Assembly (NCBI GenBank): GCA_030390025.1
Contig: CM059432.1
Coordinates: forward strand, 132,310,001-132,374,000
Reading direction: 5' to 3'
Origin: Squalus acanthias
Taxonomy: Eukaryota
DNA length: 64,000 nucleotides
Both the position numbers and the translations under genes were made by a program. Shown piece after piece: positions 13,763-25,094 of this stretch. Each line of letters starts with the position of its first letter. Within the stretch, counting starts at the first letter, position 1. The notes below the pieces were generated by a model that saw only the letters and a list, made by a program, of their open reading frames with translations, did no database searches and was not told where the DNA came from.

Positions 13763-14750
13763 AGTATGTGGCCTCCATGGCTGTATATAGAGGAAAGCCT
13801 GCTTCAGCAACACGTGATTTCAGTTTTAAGTTCTTACCCTGGTGTTCCATCTAATTCTTTACATTTTAGGACAATTTCTTACTGAAAAAAAATTAGCATT
13901 TTTGGTCCTTCTCCTTTGGCCCAAAAACACAATTTTATTTCGTTCTGAAGCTCATTCTTGCTGTGGTCACCAATCACTTGCTGGTAACATGTCTAAATGT
14001 TTTTTTTATACACGTGTATGTGTAAATAACAACTGTTGGGAGGCTATTCCACCAAGAGCGCATCGCAGGCGAGTCAGACCCTGTCCTCAAGATATTGACA
14101 CATCCACAATTTCCAGGTGAAGCTGCTGGATAGCAACCAAGGAGCACAAACTCCTCCCGAACCAGGATCGATCGCACCAAGTGTTGTATCCTAACTACTG
14201 CCCCAGCTGAGATCACCCAACGCTGCACAGACCTGGAATCGAACCTGGGACACGTTGGTCTGTATGGTTTAGTACATTAAGTGAGGCATTGGCCCAGTTG
14301 GGGGTGGGGGAAGCTTTTAAGTCTCTTCGGTAGAGTCCCGAACGTATGCTTCAAACTCAAGTGGATACCAATTAAAAGGGACCGAGGTGGACAGCACTCC
14401 CTGCCTTATGCTGATAACGGCGTTCAGACTGTATTCAGAACAAGCTGTAAAGATCCCTTTATTGCTCCTTCCACGACCATGTCCTACACTGCACAAAACT
14501 TGTGACAGTGAGCTTGAGTCAGTTTTGTTCTCTATGGCTGATATTACAGTGATATGCAGAGGGTAAAATGCCCCAGAACCCCATTCCACTTCCTCAGTTT
14601 GCTGGTTCTCTCTTCACTTTCATAGGCCTGTACCCAACTCCAAATGCCACGTCTACTAGCAGCTTTTACCTCTTTCTCTTCTCCTCTACATTTCAGTAGG
14701 AGAGATGCCGTGGAAAACGCAGCTAACTAGTGTCACAAGAGTATTGAGTT

Positions 14751-14859
14751 CGGACGAAAGGTCATCGAACTGAAACATTAACTCGGTTTCTCTCTCCACA
14801 GATGATGCCTGACCTGCTGATCCCCAGCATTTTCAGATTTCCAGCAGTATTTTGCTTTT
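14751..14859 (+). mobile_element. Solo Penelope family A terminus with degenerate hammerhead; 10-bp TSD
   Basis: Flanked by GTATTGAGTT (14741-14750 and 14860-14869); core CGGACGA..GAAAC; homologous to 39536-39635. Confidence 0.8.
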
Positions 14860-16042
14860 GTATTGAGTTGGAAGTTGGACAATAAGTTTGATATTGAGCG
14901 AGGAGAGAGTGTTTTCACAGGATGGGGATGGTAAGAGAGGCAAGGTCAGAAAGAACCTCGTCAGTATATGGAGCCACAAGCAATAGAGGTGAAGGAATGG
15001 CCAAGGATACAGTTGTGGGAGTTTTATGAAGATGAAATTGAGGAGTGAGGGCTGCAGAAGTTGATGAGCAAGTTGAATCACCGAGCATGAAGAGTTGCTG
15101 AATGCAGACACGAAGGGATGAGAGAAGGAAGGAAAGTCAAGTCCTGTGGGGCTTGGGAGGGCAGGAAGCAAGAACTTTAAAAAGGAGAGACACGAGTGAT
15201 GGGAGAATGATGCACTTGAATGAGGAGAAGGCACCAGGGGAATAAGGCATGACTTGGCAATGAAGGGCACACCACAACCACATCATCAATTTGGCCAAGT
15301 GATGGAATGAATAGGCAAACAGGAAGACTTTTTTTGGGGAGGGGGGCAGGGGGAGAAGAGAAAGGCTCTGGAGAGCAACACAGAACGAGGTGGTGATTGT
15401 TGATCAATCAGCAGCATTGAGGGGGATTGAACAGGTGTTGGGGTCAGGGAGGAGGTTAGAGAAATTAGTCCGCAAGGAGCATGCAGAGTAAAAAAGACAC
15501 CAGGAGCCAATGGCGAGGCAGTTGGTGAATCATAGAATAGTACAACACAGAAGGAGGCCATTCGGCCCATCCAGTCTGCACCGGCTCTTTCAAAGAGCAA
15601 TCCAGTTAGTCCCACTCCCCCGCTCTTTCCCCATAGCCCTGCAATTTTTTCTCCTTCAACTATTTATCTAATTCCCTTATGAAGGCTACTATTGAATCTG
15701 TATCCACCACCCTATCAGGCCGTGCATTCAAAATCCTAACCACTCGTTGCATAAAAATGTTCCCCCTCATGTCACCTCTCGGGGTGAGATACGTGCTCGG
15801 GGAACAGCCAAACACAGAGTGCACAATGGGCCCAGTGGAAAAACACAAGGGAGGTGCAGAGACACCAACATCATTAGGGAAAAGCAAGCAAGTGCTGTAC
15901 TGCAGGTTATCAGCTGCACAATCTTATGACAGTAACAAAGAGAAGTGTAAAAACACGGCCAGCAATTAACTGGAAACAGGTACAGAAAGTATGTACTTTT
16001 CCACACATACTGTTCACCCGTCCTTCCTGGAAAAATACTGAC

Positions 16043-16125
16043 CTCAAACTCTTTAACAAAAAAGCGAATCTCTGCCTGGATGATGGGCCTATGGTCAAAC
16101 AGCCTGGCATGGATCTCACTCAAGT
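16043..16125 (-). CDS. BLOC1S5: BLOC1S5 coding exon 2
   Basis: tttttgcag|AC TTG AGT...TTT GAG|gtcagt; 83 nt; (D)LSEIHARLFDHRPIIQAEIRFFVKEFE matches DLGEIHSRLLDHRPVIQGETRYFVKEFE. Confidence 0.95.
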
Positions 16126-16289
16126 CTGCAAAAATAAGAGTTTCAGCAAATTCAGACTGCTCACACATTGAAACAAGGAGGGGAGGGGAGGGAGATACAG
16201 AAAGACACCAAACCACCCTCTCTCCCTCCTCTGGGACTGGGACTGGGACTGGGACCCGGACCCCGACCCTCTCCTCCCCAGGCTCTAAC

Positions 16290-16308
16290 CTCTCCGGGCC
16301 CGCTCCAT
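16290..16308 (-). CDS. BLOC1S5: Putative BLOC1S5 coding exon 1 (MERARR + G)
   Basis: ATG GAG CGG GCC CGG AGA G|gttaga gives the phase-1 junction exon 2 needs (MERARRDLSEIH) and lies just downstream of a CCAAT/GC-box cluster. Inferred; the donor site is not optimal. Confidence 0.6.
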
Positions 16309-16504
16309 CTCTCTCTCTGATCAGTCCGGGATCCACCTGCACCAACCCGGGGGAGGTTGGGAAAGATCCCCTCCAGCACCCGCCCGGGCCCCCGAGGGAC
16401 TGGGTGAACCGGTTGCTTTTGTCTCTTTCAGTTGCTGCAAATATGTTAAAGCCGCTGATTGAACAGCTGCCTCCCTGTTCTGGACAAGACCATGGTTTCC
16501 CCCC

Positions 16505-16650
16505 TCAGCTGATTGGTGGAGAGGCCGGTTATCTAAGAGGTTCACTGATTGGCTGTTCAACCTGGTGACAGGTACAAGCGTGGTGATTGGGTAAGAGCGG
16601 AGGGACCGCCCACTCGGCCAGTACACTCAGGCAGCCAGCAGGGGGCGACA
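16505..16650 (-). promoter_or_regulatory. Candidate BLOC1S5 promoter: three CCAAT boxes, a GC box and a CTCF-like motif
   Basis: ATTGG at 16512, 16548 and 16586 (CCAAT on the minus strand), CCGCCC at about 16606 and CCAGCAGGGGGCG at 16635-16647, in GC-rich DNA upstream of exon 1. Confidence 0.65.
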
Positions 16651-16719
16651 GATTGAGAGGCAGCCAGTGTCTCCTTCACTCCCTGTAACCCCAGCATCAG
16701 AGTTTACACAAAGTCCCAC

Positions 16720-16968
16720 TGCACTGTTTGAGAAGAGCAGGGGAGTTCTCCCCACTGTCCAGGCCAATATTTATCCCTCAATCAACATCACTGAAAAAGC
16801 AGATTATCTGATCATTATCTCATTGCTGTTTGCGGGAGAGCTTGCTGTGTGCAAATTGGCTGCCGCCTTTCCTAAATTACAACAGTGACTACACTTCAAA
16901 AAGTACTTCATTGGCTGTAAAGCGATTTGGGAGGTGCTGAGGTTGTGAAAGGAGCTATATAAATGCAA
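16720..16968 (+). mobile_element. DeuSINE 3' half
   Basis: Homologous to 9720-9960. Confidence 0.8.
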
Positions 16969-16970
16969 GA

Positions 16971-17430
16971 TAACAACAGAAAACGCTGGAAAAACTCAGC
17001 AGGCCAGGCAACATCCGTGGAGAGAGAAACAGAGCTAACGCTTCAGGTCGAAGACCTTTCGTCAGAACTGGAAAAAAGCAGGAAATAAAATAGATTTAAA
17101 GCAAGTATAATGCTGGGAAAAGGGGGAGGGGATGAAAGAACAAAAGGGAAGGTCAGTGGTAGGATAGAAAGCAGGAGAGATTAAGAGACATTGAGAGACA
17201 TTAAGAGATAATCAAGGCAAGAGGAGGTGGTAATGTGACAGGTTGAGGCTAGATGAAGTGTGAAATGAGCTGGCAGAATGAAGGACAGCTGCCAGCTTCT
17301 GGGAGGGAAGAAAAAAAGGCCAAACAAAAAGGTGGATGAAAAAAATATATATAAATATGTGATGGGGGCCGGGGTTATGATCTGAAATTGTTGAACTCTA
17401 TGTTGAGTCCAGAGGGCTGTAGAGTGCCTG
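16971..17430 (-). mobile_element. Penelope family A 3' end (last codons, 3' UTR, degenerate hammerhead)
   Basis: Encodes ..LNIEFNNFRS*; carries CTGACGA-stem-GAAG on the minus strand at about 17032-17069. Confidence 0.85.
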
Positions 17431-17679
17431 ATTCCTCTTCGCACAAGCACTGCTCCAAGTGCTGTTGTACTACTTGAAAGTGCAGTCCCATCAACAGCTG
17501 ATGATCTCTCAGTGTGAAGCCGAGGAAATCACACCCTGGAGGTCACAACAATGGTGAGACCCACAATGGAAGGCCCATTTCCAGCTCTTGGAAAGATTGC
17601 TGCCCAAGTCCCTCATTCACTTTCCATATACTTACTTTTGAAAAGGTAGTTAAAAAAGGGTAATTCAAATAGCTAAAAT

Positions 17680-18000
17680 AAAAACAAAAAAGGCTGGAAA
17701 ACACTCAGGAGGTCAGGCAGCATCTGTGGAGAGAGAAACAGAGTTAACAGTTTCACATCGATGACCTTCCATCAGAAATGGAAGAAGTTAGAGATTTAAC
17801 AGTTTTTAAGCGAGTACAGAGGCAGGGAAAGGGGGAGAGGGGAACAAAGAACAAAGGGTGGTAGGGTGGAGGGCAGGAGTGATTGAATGACAAAAGGGAT
17901 GATGGTGCATGGCAAAAGGGGGTAATGGGACAAGTAAAGAGACAAAAGATGGGTCCAGAAGAGGTGTAAATGGTTACAGCAGAATAGCAGAGGGGAGGGA
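17680..18000 (-). mobile_element. Penelope family A terminus, diverged subfamily
   Basis: CAGCATCTGTGGAGAGAGAAACAGAGTTAAC motif and a degenerate hammerhead. Confidence 0.75.
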
Positions 18001-18179
18001 AGCATGGAAAATCTGGCAAAGAGAAGGCTCCCGTGGGGCCTGGGAATGTGGTGGAGAAAGGTGGGTCGACTCCAGGGGTGTGGACCACCCCACCGGCCGT
18101 GTGGAGTGGAGATCCCCACCCCAAGCACCAATTCTAATCATTCTATTAGCTGACGGTAACACAATCACAGTATCGGCAG

Positions 18180-18321
18180 CAATAGTCCCTCTAATTTTTT
18201 TTTCGTGCGCTGTCCCTTTAACTGGCTGCACCTGCGCGGTTTCTCCCATGTAAAAGCCGATGAGCGGCCTGCGCGGGACCTCTAGACCGCTGCGAGGTCG
18301 CACAGCTTAACGGGAACGTTG
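18180..18321. mobile_element. hAT-type MITE (CAATGTTCCCTCTAA-like ends)
   Basis: Imperfect TIR CAATAGTCCCTCTAA / TTAACGGGAACGTTG; a related inverted copy lies at about 46765-46929. Confidence 0.6.
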
Positions 18322-18509
18322 TTGATTGGCAGTTTTCGCCACTAGCTTCTCTAAGAAAAATTAGCCCTTTGCTTTCTATACAGTATCTTTTTGTAATGTT
18401 ACATATTTAAACTGTAAGTGTAAGCGTGTATTTTCAGGTGTTGATTTGAAAAATAAAACGTCAATCACAAAGTCGATGGCAGCAAAACAACTGAAGATTT
18501 AATTAAGAG

Positions 18510-18800
18510 CATAAGAAATAGGAGCAGGAATAGGCCATACGGCCCCTCGAGCCTGCTCCGCCATTCAATAAGATTATTGCTGATCTTCTACCTCATCTCC
18601 ACTTTCCTGCCCGATCCCCATATCCCTTGATTCCCTTACTGCCCAGAAATCTATCGATCTCAGCCTTGAATAAACTCAACGCAGTACACAGCCCTCTGGG
18701 GTAGAGAATTCCAAAGATTCACAACCCTCTGAGTGAAGGAATTTCTCCTCATCTCAGTCCTAAATGGCTGACTCCTTATCCTGAGACTATGACCCCTAGT
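18510..18800 (-). mobile_element. CR1-type LINE 3' fragment
   Basis: TRGHSLRI..FRTEMRRNSFTQRVVNLWNSLP. Confidence 0.85.
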
Positions 18801-18862
18801 TACTGAATAAGCATTAGATCTAAAAGCAGCTCTACATATGACACAGAACATTGGTGGTTCAG

Positions 18863-19519
18863 TGGATTGAAAACTAGACCGTTAACGCCCTGAGGGAGGT
18901 TAGAGGCGGTGGTAGCTGGTAGCGCCCTGCGGCGCTGTGCCTCCGGCGCTGACGATATCGCTATACGCAGCGCCCCGGCCGCAAACTTGGCTCGCACCCC
19001 CTGACCTACCGCCGGACGCGATGTCCGACAGGGTCAAGGTGGCGTTTTTGCAGCCGGGGCAGCGATAATTAAAGGGCAGGTGCTGAGCAGCCATTTTTTT
19101 TGGGGGTCGCCTGCCAGCACCTGCGACCTCTGGCCTCCTCCTACGGGGTGCCGGCCGCGATCCATCAGCCCGGCACTCCTCTTGAGTGTCGGGCTCTTCT
19201 GCCGGCACCCTGCCCCCCGGTGGTCCAGCAGGGCCCCAGTGCGTGCTGCGCTAGGCCCCTCCCCTTTAATCAGGGGAGGAAGGCCTGCAGTACCACAGCG
19301 CTACGTGCCGGCGCGTGTGGCGCTGCTGCACGTAACGGCGCGATATTCAATGGGAGTGCCCCAAGAGGGAGGGGGAGGGCTTCCAGTAGTGTCCCCGCCT
19401 CCTGCTTGGGGTGCTACCATTGAATTTCGGGCGCGGGGGTACTAACTTTTTCGGGGCACTAAAAGTAACACCCCGGCGAAGTTATCGCCCCAAGGGGGGC
19501 ATGAGCCAATTTTGCCCCC
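18863..19519. mobile_element. CpG-rich non-autonomous Harbinger-like element
   Basis: Ends in CCAATTTTGCCCCC and contains GCGATAATT, TTATCGCCC and AACGCCC motifs like the subterminal regions of the 47-51 kb Harbinger. The left TIR is degenerate. Confidence 0.5.
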
Positions 19520-19630
19520 TTGGTGTTTTTGCAGTCCATGAAGGTGAAACTTCACACTAGTGAAAATAAGACTTAATAGTCTGCCCCCATGCAGCAGGGG
19601 ATCACCGGCAGTATTAGCATGGCTCTAAAA

Positions 19631-19742
19631 TAGGGCGACCATATTTTCTAAACCACATCCGGGGACACACAGGGTGGGAGCACAGCAAAGAAGCCATGAT
19701 GGAAAATGTAGGTTGCTCAGTGTAGCGAACACATTTTTTTAA

Positions 19743-19797
<55 letters not shown>

Positions 19798-21545
19798 GAT
19801 AAATACCGCGGATGTGACGTCACACTATTGAAGCGCATTCAGACACCGTTTATAAATAATACAATAACACTGTTCAGGTACATCAGTTTTTCGTACCCAC
19901 TGTCTATACGGCCTATTCAGAAAATCTTTCTTCATATCACTGCCCATATCATTTATTTTTCATAGATTTATTAATGATTGCTGTGCTATCTCCGCATTAA
20001 AGAAAACTGGCATGACGACTTTGTTGTTTCTGCTAGTGGAATACACGTAGAGATTAACCTCCATCAATCGTCACTAGTCTCTGACGGTTTGCCCATGTTC
20101 CTGTCTTTAGGTTGCACACTGATGACCACAAAGTACAACCAAGTTAGTTCCAAGCTTTCTGTACACTGACTGACGCCCACCTCTACCTCTCCACCGCCTC
20201 TCTCAACACTTCCACTGCCTTTGTGTTGTCAGATTGCTCGTCTGACGTTCAATCCTGGATGAGACAAAAATTCCTCCAGTTCAACATTGGGAACACCTCA
20301 GCCATTGTTTTCAGCCCCACCACAACCTCCGTCCCCTGGCCACCGATTCCTTCTCTGTTCCCTGGCCACTATCTCAGGTTGAACCAAATGGCTTGCCTCA
20401 GCAGGGTCCCTGAACTGAACTTCCAACTCCGTAATCCTCTCCCTCACAAAGACCGCCCACTTCCACCTCTGTAACAATGCCTATCTCTGCTCCTGCTTCA
20501 GCCCACCTTCCCCGCTATAGCTGTGGGTTTTCAGCTTTCAGAATTTTCTCCAGTGTATGTGTGATGGAAATTCCAATGTTCTCGCCAACAACATGCGGAA
20601 GGAGCTCGCAGACATGTTTGTCACAAAGATTAAGACCATCTGTTCATCTGCCTCTGCCACACACCCCAATCCCCTCAAGCCAAACCTCTCCCAAGGCTCC
20701 CCTGTGCCCAAGCCCCTGAACCCATGTCTTTCTCTAGTTTCTCCCTTACCCCCTGCTCTATCTATGTGAATGAGACCCACTTCCTGGCTCGCTTGACCCC
20801 ATTCCCACTAAACTGTTGGCCATTAATGTACTACTAGTGTTTATTTCAATATCACTGCGCACAAGCTAAAAACAAAGACAAAAGGGCCTAAAAAGTGAAT
20901 CTGTGGGCTGTAAAGATTCATCAGATAAGATTTAAAAATCTACATGTGCGAGAAATTTGAAACAGAAACAAGCAGCCCAATCAGCATCAATGAAAATAAA
21001 TAAATGTTTTGGGACCAGAGTTCTTTAGAAGTAGGGACTGAATAAAGCACCTCAATTAGTAAGAACACAAGATATCCAAGTACTGTAAAGATACTGGTTA
21101 AATAAACTTACTTTCTTAAATTTGCCTTTGCTCCATTCTTACTCTGCTCTTTCACAAATACACCACCCACTCGCCCTTCGTCTTTCTGCCCGCACTTTAT
21201 TTGTCTAATTTATTTATGACGTGGATGCAGCTCAATTTCCCTTGCTTTGATTGGTCAGTTCCGCCATCAGTCATCAGTCACCCTGGTTTGATGACATGGT
21301 GGGCGGAGCCTCCAGCACGTCACAACCAGATGTAACTAATGGGGGTGAAATTTTACATTTATTTTCCTAAATCTGTTCGCCAGAGTTCTTGCTCACTGCC
21401 TGAAACTATTTTACATTTAATCACTGAACATTTTATTTGGGGACTAGTTTCCAGAACCAGGACTCTTCCAGGGACATTGTTTCCCGAGGACACAGTACCT
21501 AATCCGAGCACTGTCCCCGGAAAACAGGGATGGATGGTCATCCTA
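19631..21545. mobile_element. hAT (Blackjack-like) non-autonomous DNA transposon, 1915 bp, containing an L2 fragment at about 20170-20510
   Basis: TIR TAGGGCGACCAT / ATGGTCATCCTA, perfect 8-bp TSD CTCTAAAA (19623-19630 and 21546-21553), subterminal GGGACA motifs. Confidence 0.85.
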
Positions 21546-21624
21546 CTCTAAAAACATTCTCCAACAGATCCTGATCAGATGAAACACAGCACACATGCTA
21601 TAACTGTGTCACCTATAAACTCAA

Positions 21625-22845
21625 CAAGAACTTGCATTTATATAGCGCCTTTAACGTAGTAAAACGTCCCAAGGCGCTTCACAGGAGCGTTATCAAACAA
21701 AATTTGACACTGAGCCACATAAGGAGATATTAGGACAGATGACCCCAAAAGCTTGATCAAAGAGGTAGGTTTTAAGGAGCGTCTTAAAAGGAGAGAGGTA
21801 GAGAGGCGGAGAAGTTTAGGGAGGGAATTCCAGAGCTTAGGGCCGAGGCAGCCGAAGGCACGGTCACCAATGGTGGAGCGATGAAAATCGGGGATGCTCA
21901 AGAGGGCAGAATTGGAGGAGCTCAGAGATCTCCTAAAGAGGGTGCATGAACAGAGAGACCTGGGGGTATGTGTGCACAAATCACTGAAGGTAACAAGGCA
22001 GGTTGAGAAAGCAGTTAAAAAAGCATACATGATCCTGAACTTCATAAATAGAGGCATAGAGTACAAAAGCAAGGAAGTTATGATGAACCTTTATAAAACA
22101 CTAATTCAGGCCTCAACTGGAGTATTGTGTCCAATTCTGGGCACCGCACTTAAGGAAGGATGTGAAGGCCTTAGAGAGGGTGCAGAAAAGATTTACGAGA
22201 ATGATTCCAGGGATGAGGGACTTCAGTTACGTGGATAGACTGGAGAAGCTGGGGTTGTTCTCCTTAGAGCAGAGAAGGTTGAGAGGAGATTTGATAGAGG
22301 TATTCAAAATCATAAGGGGACTAGACAGAGTAGGTAGAGAGAAACTGTTTCCATTGGCAGAAGGGTCGAGAACCAGAGGACACAGATTTAAGGTGATTTG
22401 CAAAAGAACCAAAGGCGACATGAGGAAAAACTTTCTTACGCAGCGAGTGGTTAAGATCTGGAATGTACTGCCTGAAAGGGTGGTGGAGGCAGACTCAATC
22501 GTGGCTTTCAATAGGGAATTGAATAAGTACCTGAAGGAAAAAAGTTTGCAGGGCTACGGGGAAAGGGCGGGCGAGTGGGACTAGCTGAAGTGCTCTTGCA
22601 GAAAGCTAGCACGGGCTTGACGGGCCGAATGGCTTCTTTCTGTGCTGTAACCATTCTATGATTCTATGATCTCGGAGGGTTGTAGGGCTGGAGGAGGTTA
22701 CAGAGATAGGGAGGGGAGAGGCCATGGAGGGATTTGAAAACAAGGATGAGAATTTTTAAATCAAGGTGTTGCCGGACCGGGAGCCAATGTAGGTCAGTGA
22801 GCACAGGGGTGATGGGTGAACGTGACTTGGTGCGAGTTAGGTTAA
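21625..22845 (-). mobile_element. L2-type LINE 3' fragment split by a CR1 insertion
   Basis: ITPVLTDLHWLPV..KILILVFKSLHG and RAF..GPKLWNSLP lie on either side of the CR1. Confidence 0.85.
21933..22667 (+). mobile_element. CR1-type LINE nested in L2, with TSD GATCTC
   Basis: ALERVQKRFTRMIPG...RRLRGDLIEVFKI; ATTCTATG tail; GATCTC at 21927-21932 and 22668-22673. Confidence 0.9.
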
Positions 22846-23409
22846 ACCACAGCAACATCACTGACACACTGGGCACAAAAGGCACTAATGAAAAGGAACA
22901 GTAGAGATACATTTTTAATTGTAATTAAATTAATTTTTGATATGTGGTGCACAAATTGCTACAGTGGGATTACAGTGGATTACAGACCAATGTGTTGGGC
23001 CTGGACGGCAACATTTGTGAGTTAGCAGGTAAGTCCGCTCTTGAATACGTTCACTCGCTCAATCTTTGTGGGGTTCATTTTGACTTTGGGCAATATACAT
23101 CTCTCATTGAAGCCAATAGAAGTGATAATAGGGAGAGATGTATAACGGGCGGATGATTCGATTTCGCCCCTTTTACACTATCGCCCAAAGGCAAATTTCA
23201 CACTTTCAGTCTCTCGTTCACTCATTCCCTGTAACAACAAACTGTCCAGTACACAGCATCAAATAAAGTGCGCAAGAAAGAGTTCTCTTGTTGGAAAAAA
23301 ATAGCTCTTCCCAAATTGATGAGATGTGGAGATGCCGGTGTTGGACTGGGGTGGACAAGTGTGAGAAGTCGCACAACACCAGGTTATAGTCCAACAGTTT
23401 TATTTGAAA

Positions 23410-23446
23410 TCACAAGCTTTCGGAGCGCTGCTCCTTCGTCAGGTGA
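23410..23446 (-). ncRNA. Minimal type I hammerhead ribozyme motif
   Basis: UCAC-CUGACGA-A-GGAGC agc GCUCC-GAA-AGCU-U-GUGA on the minus strand. Confidence 0.8.
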
Positions 23447-23547
23447 AGTGAAGAGATGTATATCGGCACAGCATACTGTATATAGTCAGAGAGTATCTGG
23501 CAGTGTTCTCTGACTATATATGCTGTGCCGATATACATCTCTTCACT

Positions 23548-23584
23548 TCACCTGATGAAGGAGCAGCGCTCCGAAAGCTTGTGA
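23548..23584 (+). ncRNA. Minimal type I hammerhead ribozyme motif
   Basis: UCAC-CUGAUGA-A-GGAGC agc GCUCC-GAA-AGCU-U-GUGA: stem I UCAC/GUGA, 5-bp stem II, palindromic stem III. Confidence 0.82.
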
Positions 23585-24344
23585 TTTCAAATAAAACTGT
23601 TGGACTATAACCTGGTGTTGTGCGACTTCTCACAAATTGATGAGGTATTTTTTCACTGTGCGATTTATCTGCACCTATGTTCAGTTCACTGAATGAAGAG
23701 ACGTGCAAGGTTTCTTGGGGCGATTTCTAACCACACTTGGGAAAGAGCTGTCCGCTGATGGGACGGTTTGCACGCCACCGAGTGTCAAAACAAAATGGCA
23801 CAGCATTTGCATTGAGAAACATCTGTTTTACCTTTCACCCGCCTTATTGCGAATAGGTCCTGTGTATACAACGGGGTCTGAACTGAAGGTGTCAGACTAA
23901 CACCACGGAAGGGTCAAGAGGAGGAACTTCCATCAACAAAATAACACATACGAGTTGACTTATGCGCCTGAAAAATCAGGCATTTTAAAATGGCAACGGT
24001 GGAGGGGGATTCACCCGCTCCATTTTGACTGACCCACCCAGTTTCTGTCAGGCAGGGAGGGGGGGAGTTAAAATTCTCCCACCACAACCCCCCTCCTCCC
24101 CAGCGTGTTTGAACTTTTATTTTACTGGAACACCAACACAACACACAACTGAAAATAGAACTGAGTTTTTTTTTTTAATTACATAGTGAGATCCAGTAAT
24201 CCCTGGTTGACTATGAATGGGGAGGGGAAGAGAAATTCGAGTCTCGAGCAGGTTATTAACCTGCTTGATTTTTAACTGCCCACCAGTCCGGTTTCAGCTG
24301 GGTTAAAAATTGACCTCACCTTTTCTTTGTACCAGTATTTATAG

Positions 24345-24690
24345 AAAGACTTGCATTTCTATAGGCCCTTCATGCCCTCAGTACGTCCCAAAGTACTTTA
24401 TTGCCAATGAAGTACTTTTGAAGTGTAGTCACTGCTTGTGGCAGCCAATTTGCACACAGCAAGGTCCCACAAACAGCAATGTGATAATGGCCAGATAATC
24501 AATTTGGTATTTAGTGCTATAGGTTGAGGGATAAATATTGGTCCAGGACACCGGCGATAAATCCCCATCTCCTCTTCGAAATAGTGCTGTGGGATCTTTT
24601 CTGTCCACTTGTGAGGTCAGACGAGGCCTCGGTTTAACATCTCATCTGACAGTGCAGCACTCCCTCAGTACTGCTCTGGAGTGTCAGCCT
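24345..24690 (-). mobile_element. DeuSINE
   Basis: Reverse-complement homology to 9590-9960. Confidence 0.75.
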
Positions 24691-25094
24691 AGATTATTTA
24701 GGATATTTGACTGGCAACCATTACCCGTTCCCTCTCCCCATTCCCTCTCATCGAGGGGCCGATTGGCCTACTCCTGCTCCTGTTTCTTATGTTTATAAAG
24801 GGGCTTGCTTGCTTCCCTTCCCTTTTCAGTTCTGATGAAGCATCTCTCGCTGAAGTGTTAACTTGTTGTATCTCTTTCTGGACGTTGATGGCTCTGCTGC
24901 TGTATTTGCGATGCAATCGACTCCTGTTGTTGCATCAACTAAGATGATTGCAGTCATCTGTATTGCGTAAAATAAAACACTACTTTTCACCAGAAAGGTA
25001 CTGTGAAAGGTTAGTTGTTAGCAAACAATCTTAACTAATTCCCTCCCTTGGGAAAAATGCCTGAAGCCACCACAGGTGAACTCTGTAGGAAGTC

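Larger units (their letters stand above)
23324..23632. mobile_element. Penelope family B fold-back mini-element (inverted termini, one-sided tail, 12-bp TSD)
   Basis: Arms at about 23360-23492 and 23507-23634 are reverse complements apart from one 5-nt indel and a C/T change; TSD CAAATTGATGAG at 23312-23323 and 23633-23644. Confidence 0.9.

Noticed and set aside
15767..16345. 192-aa ORF as a single-exon gene
   Set aside because: It is read-through of BLOC1S5 exon 2 into flanking introns; the VPVPVP run comes from a (GGGACT)n repeat.
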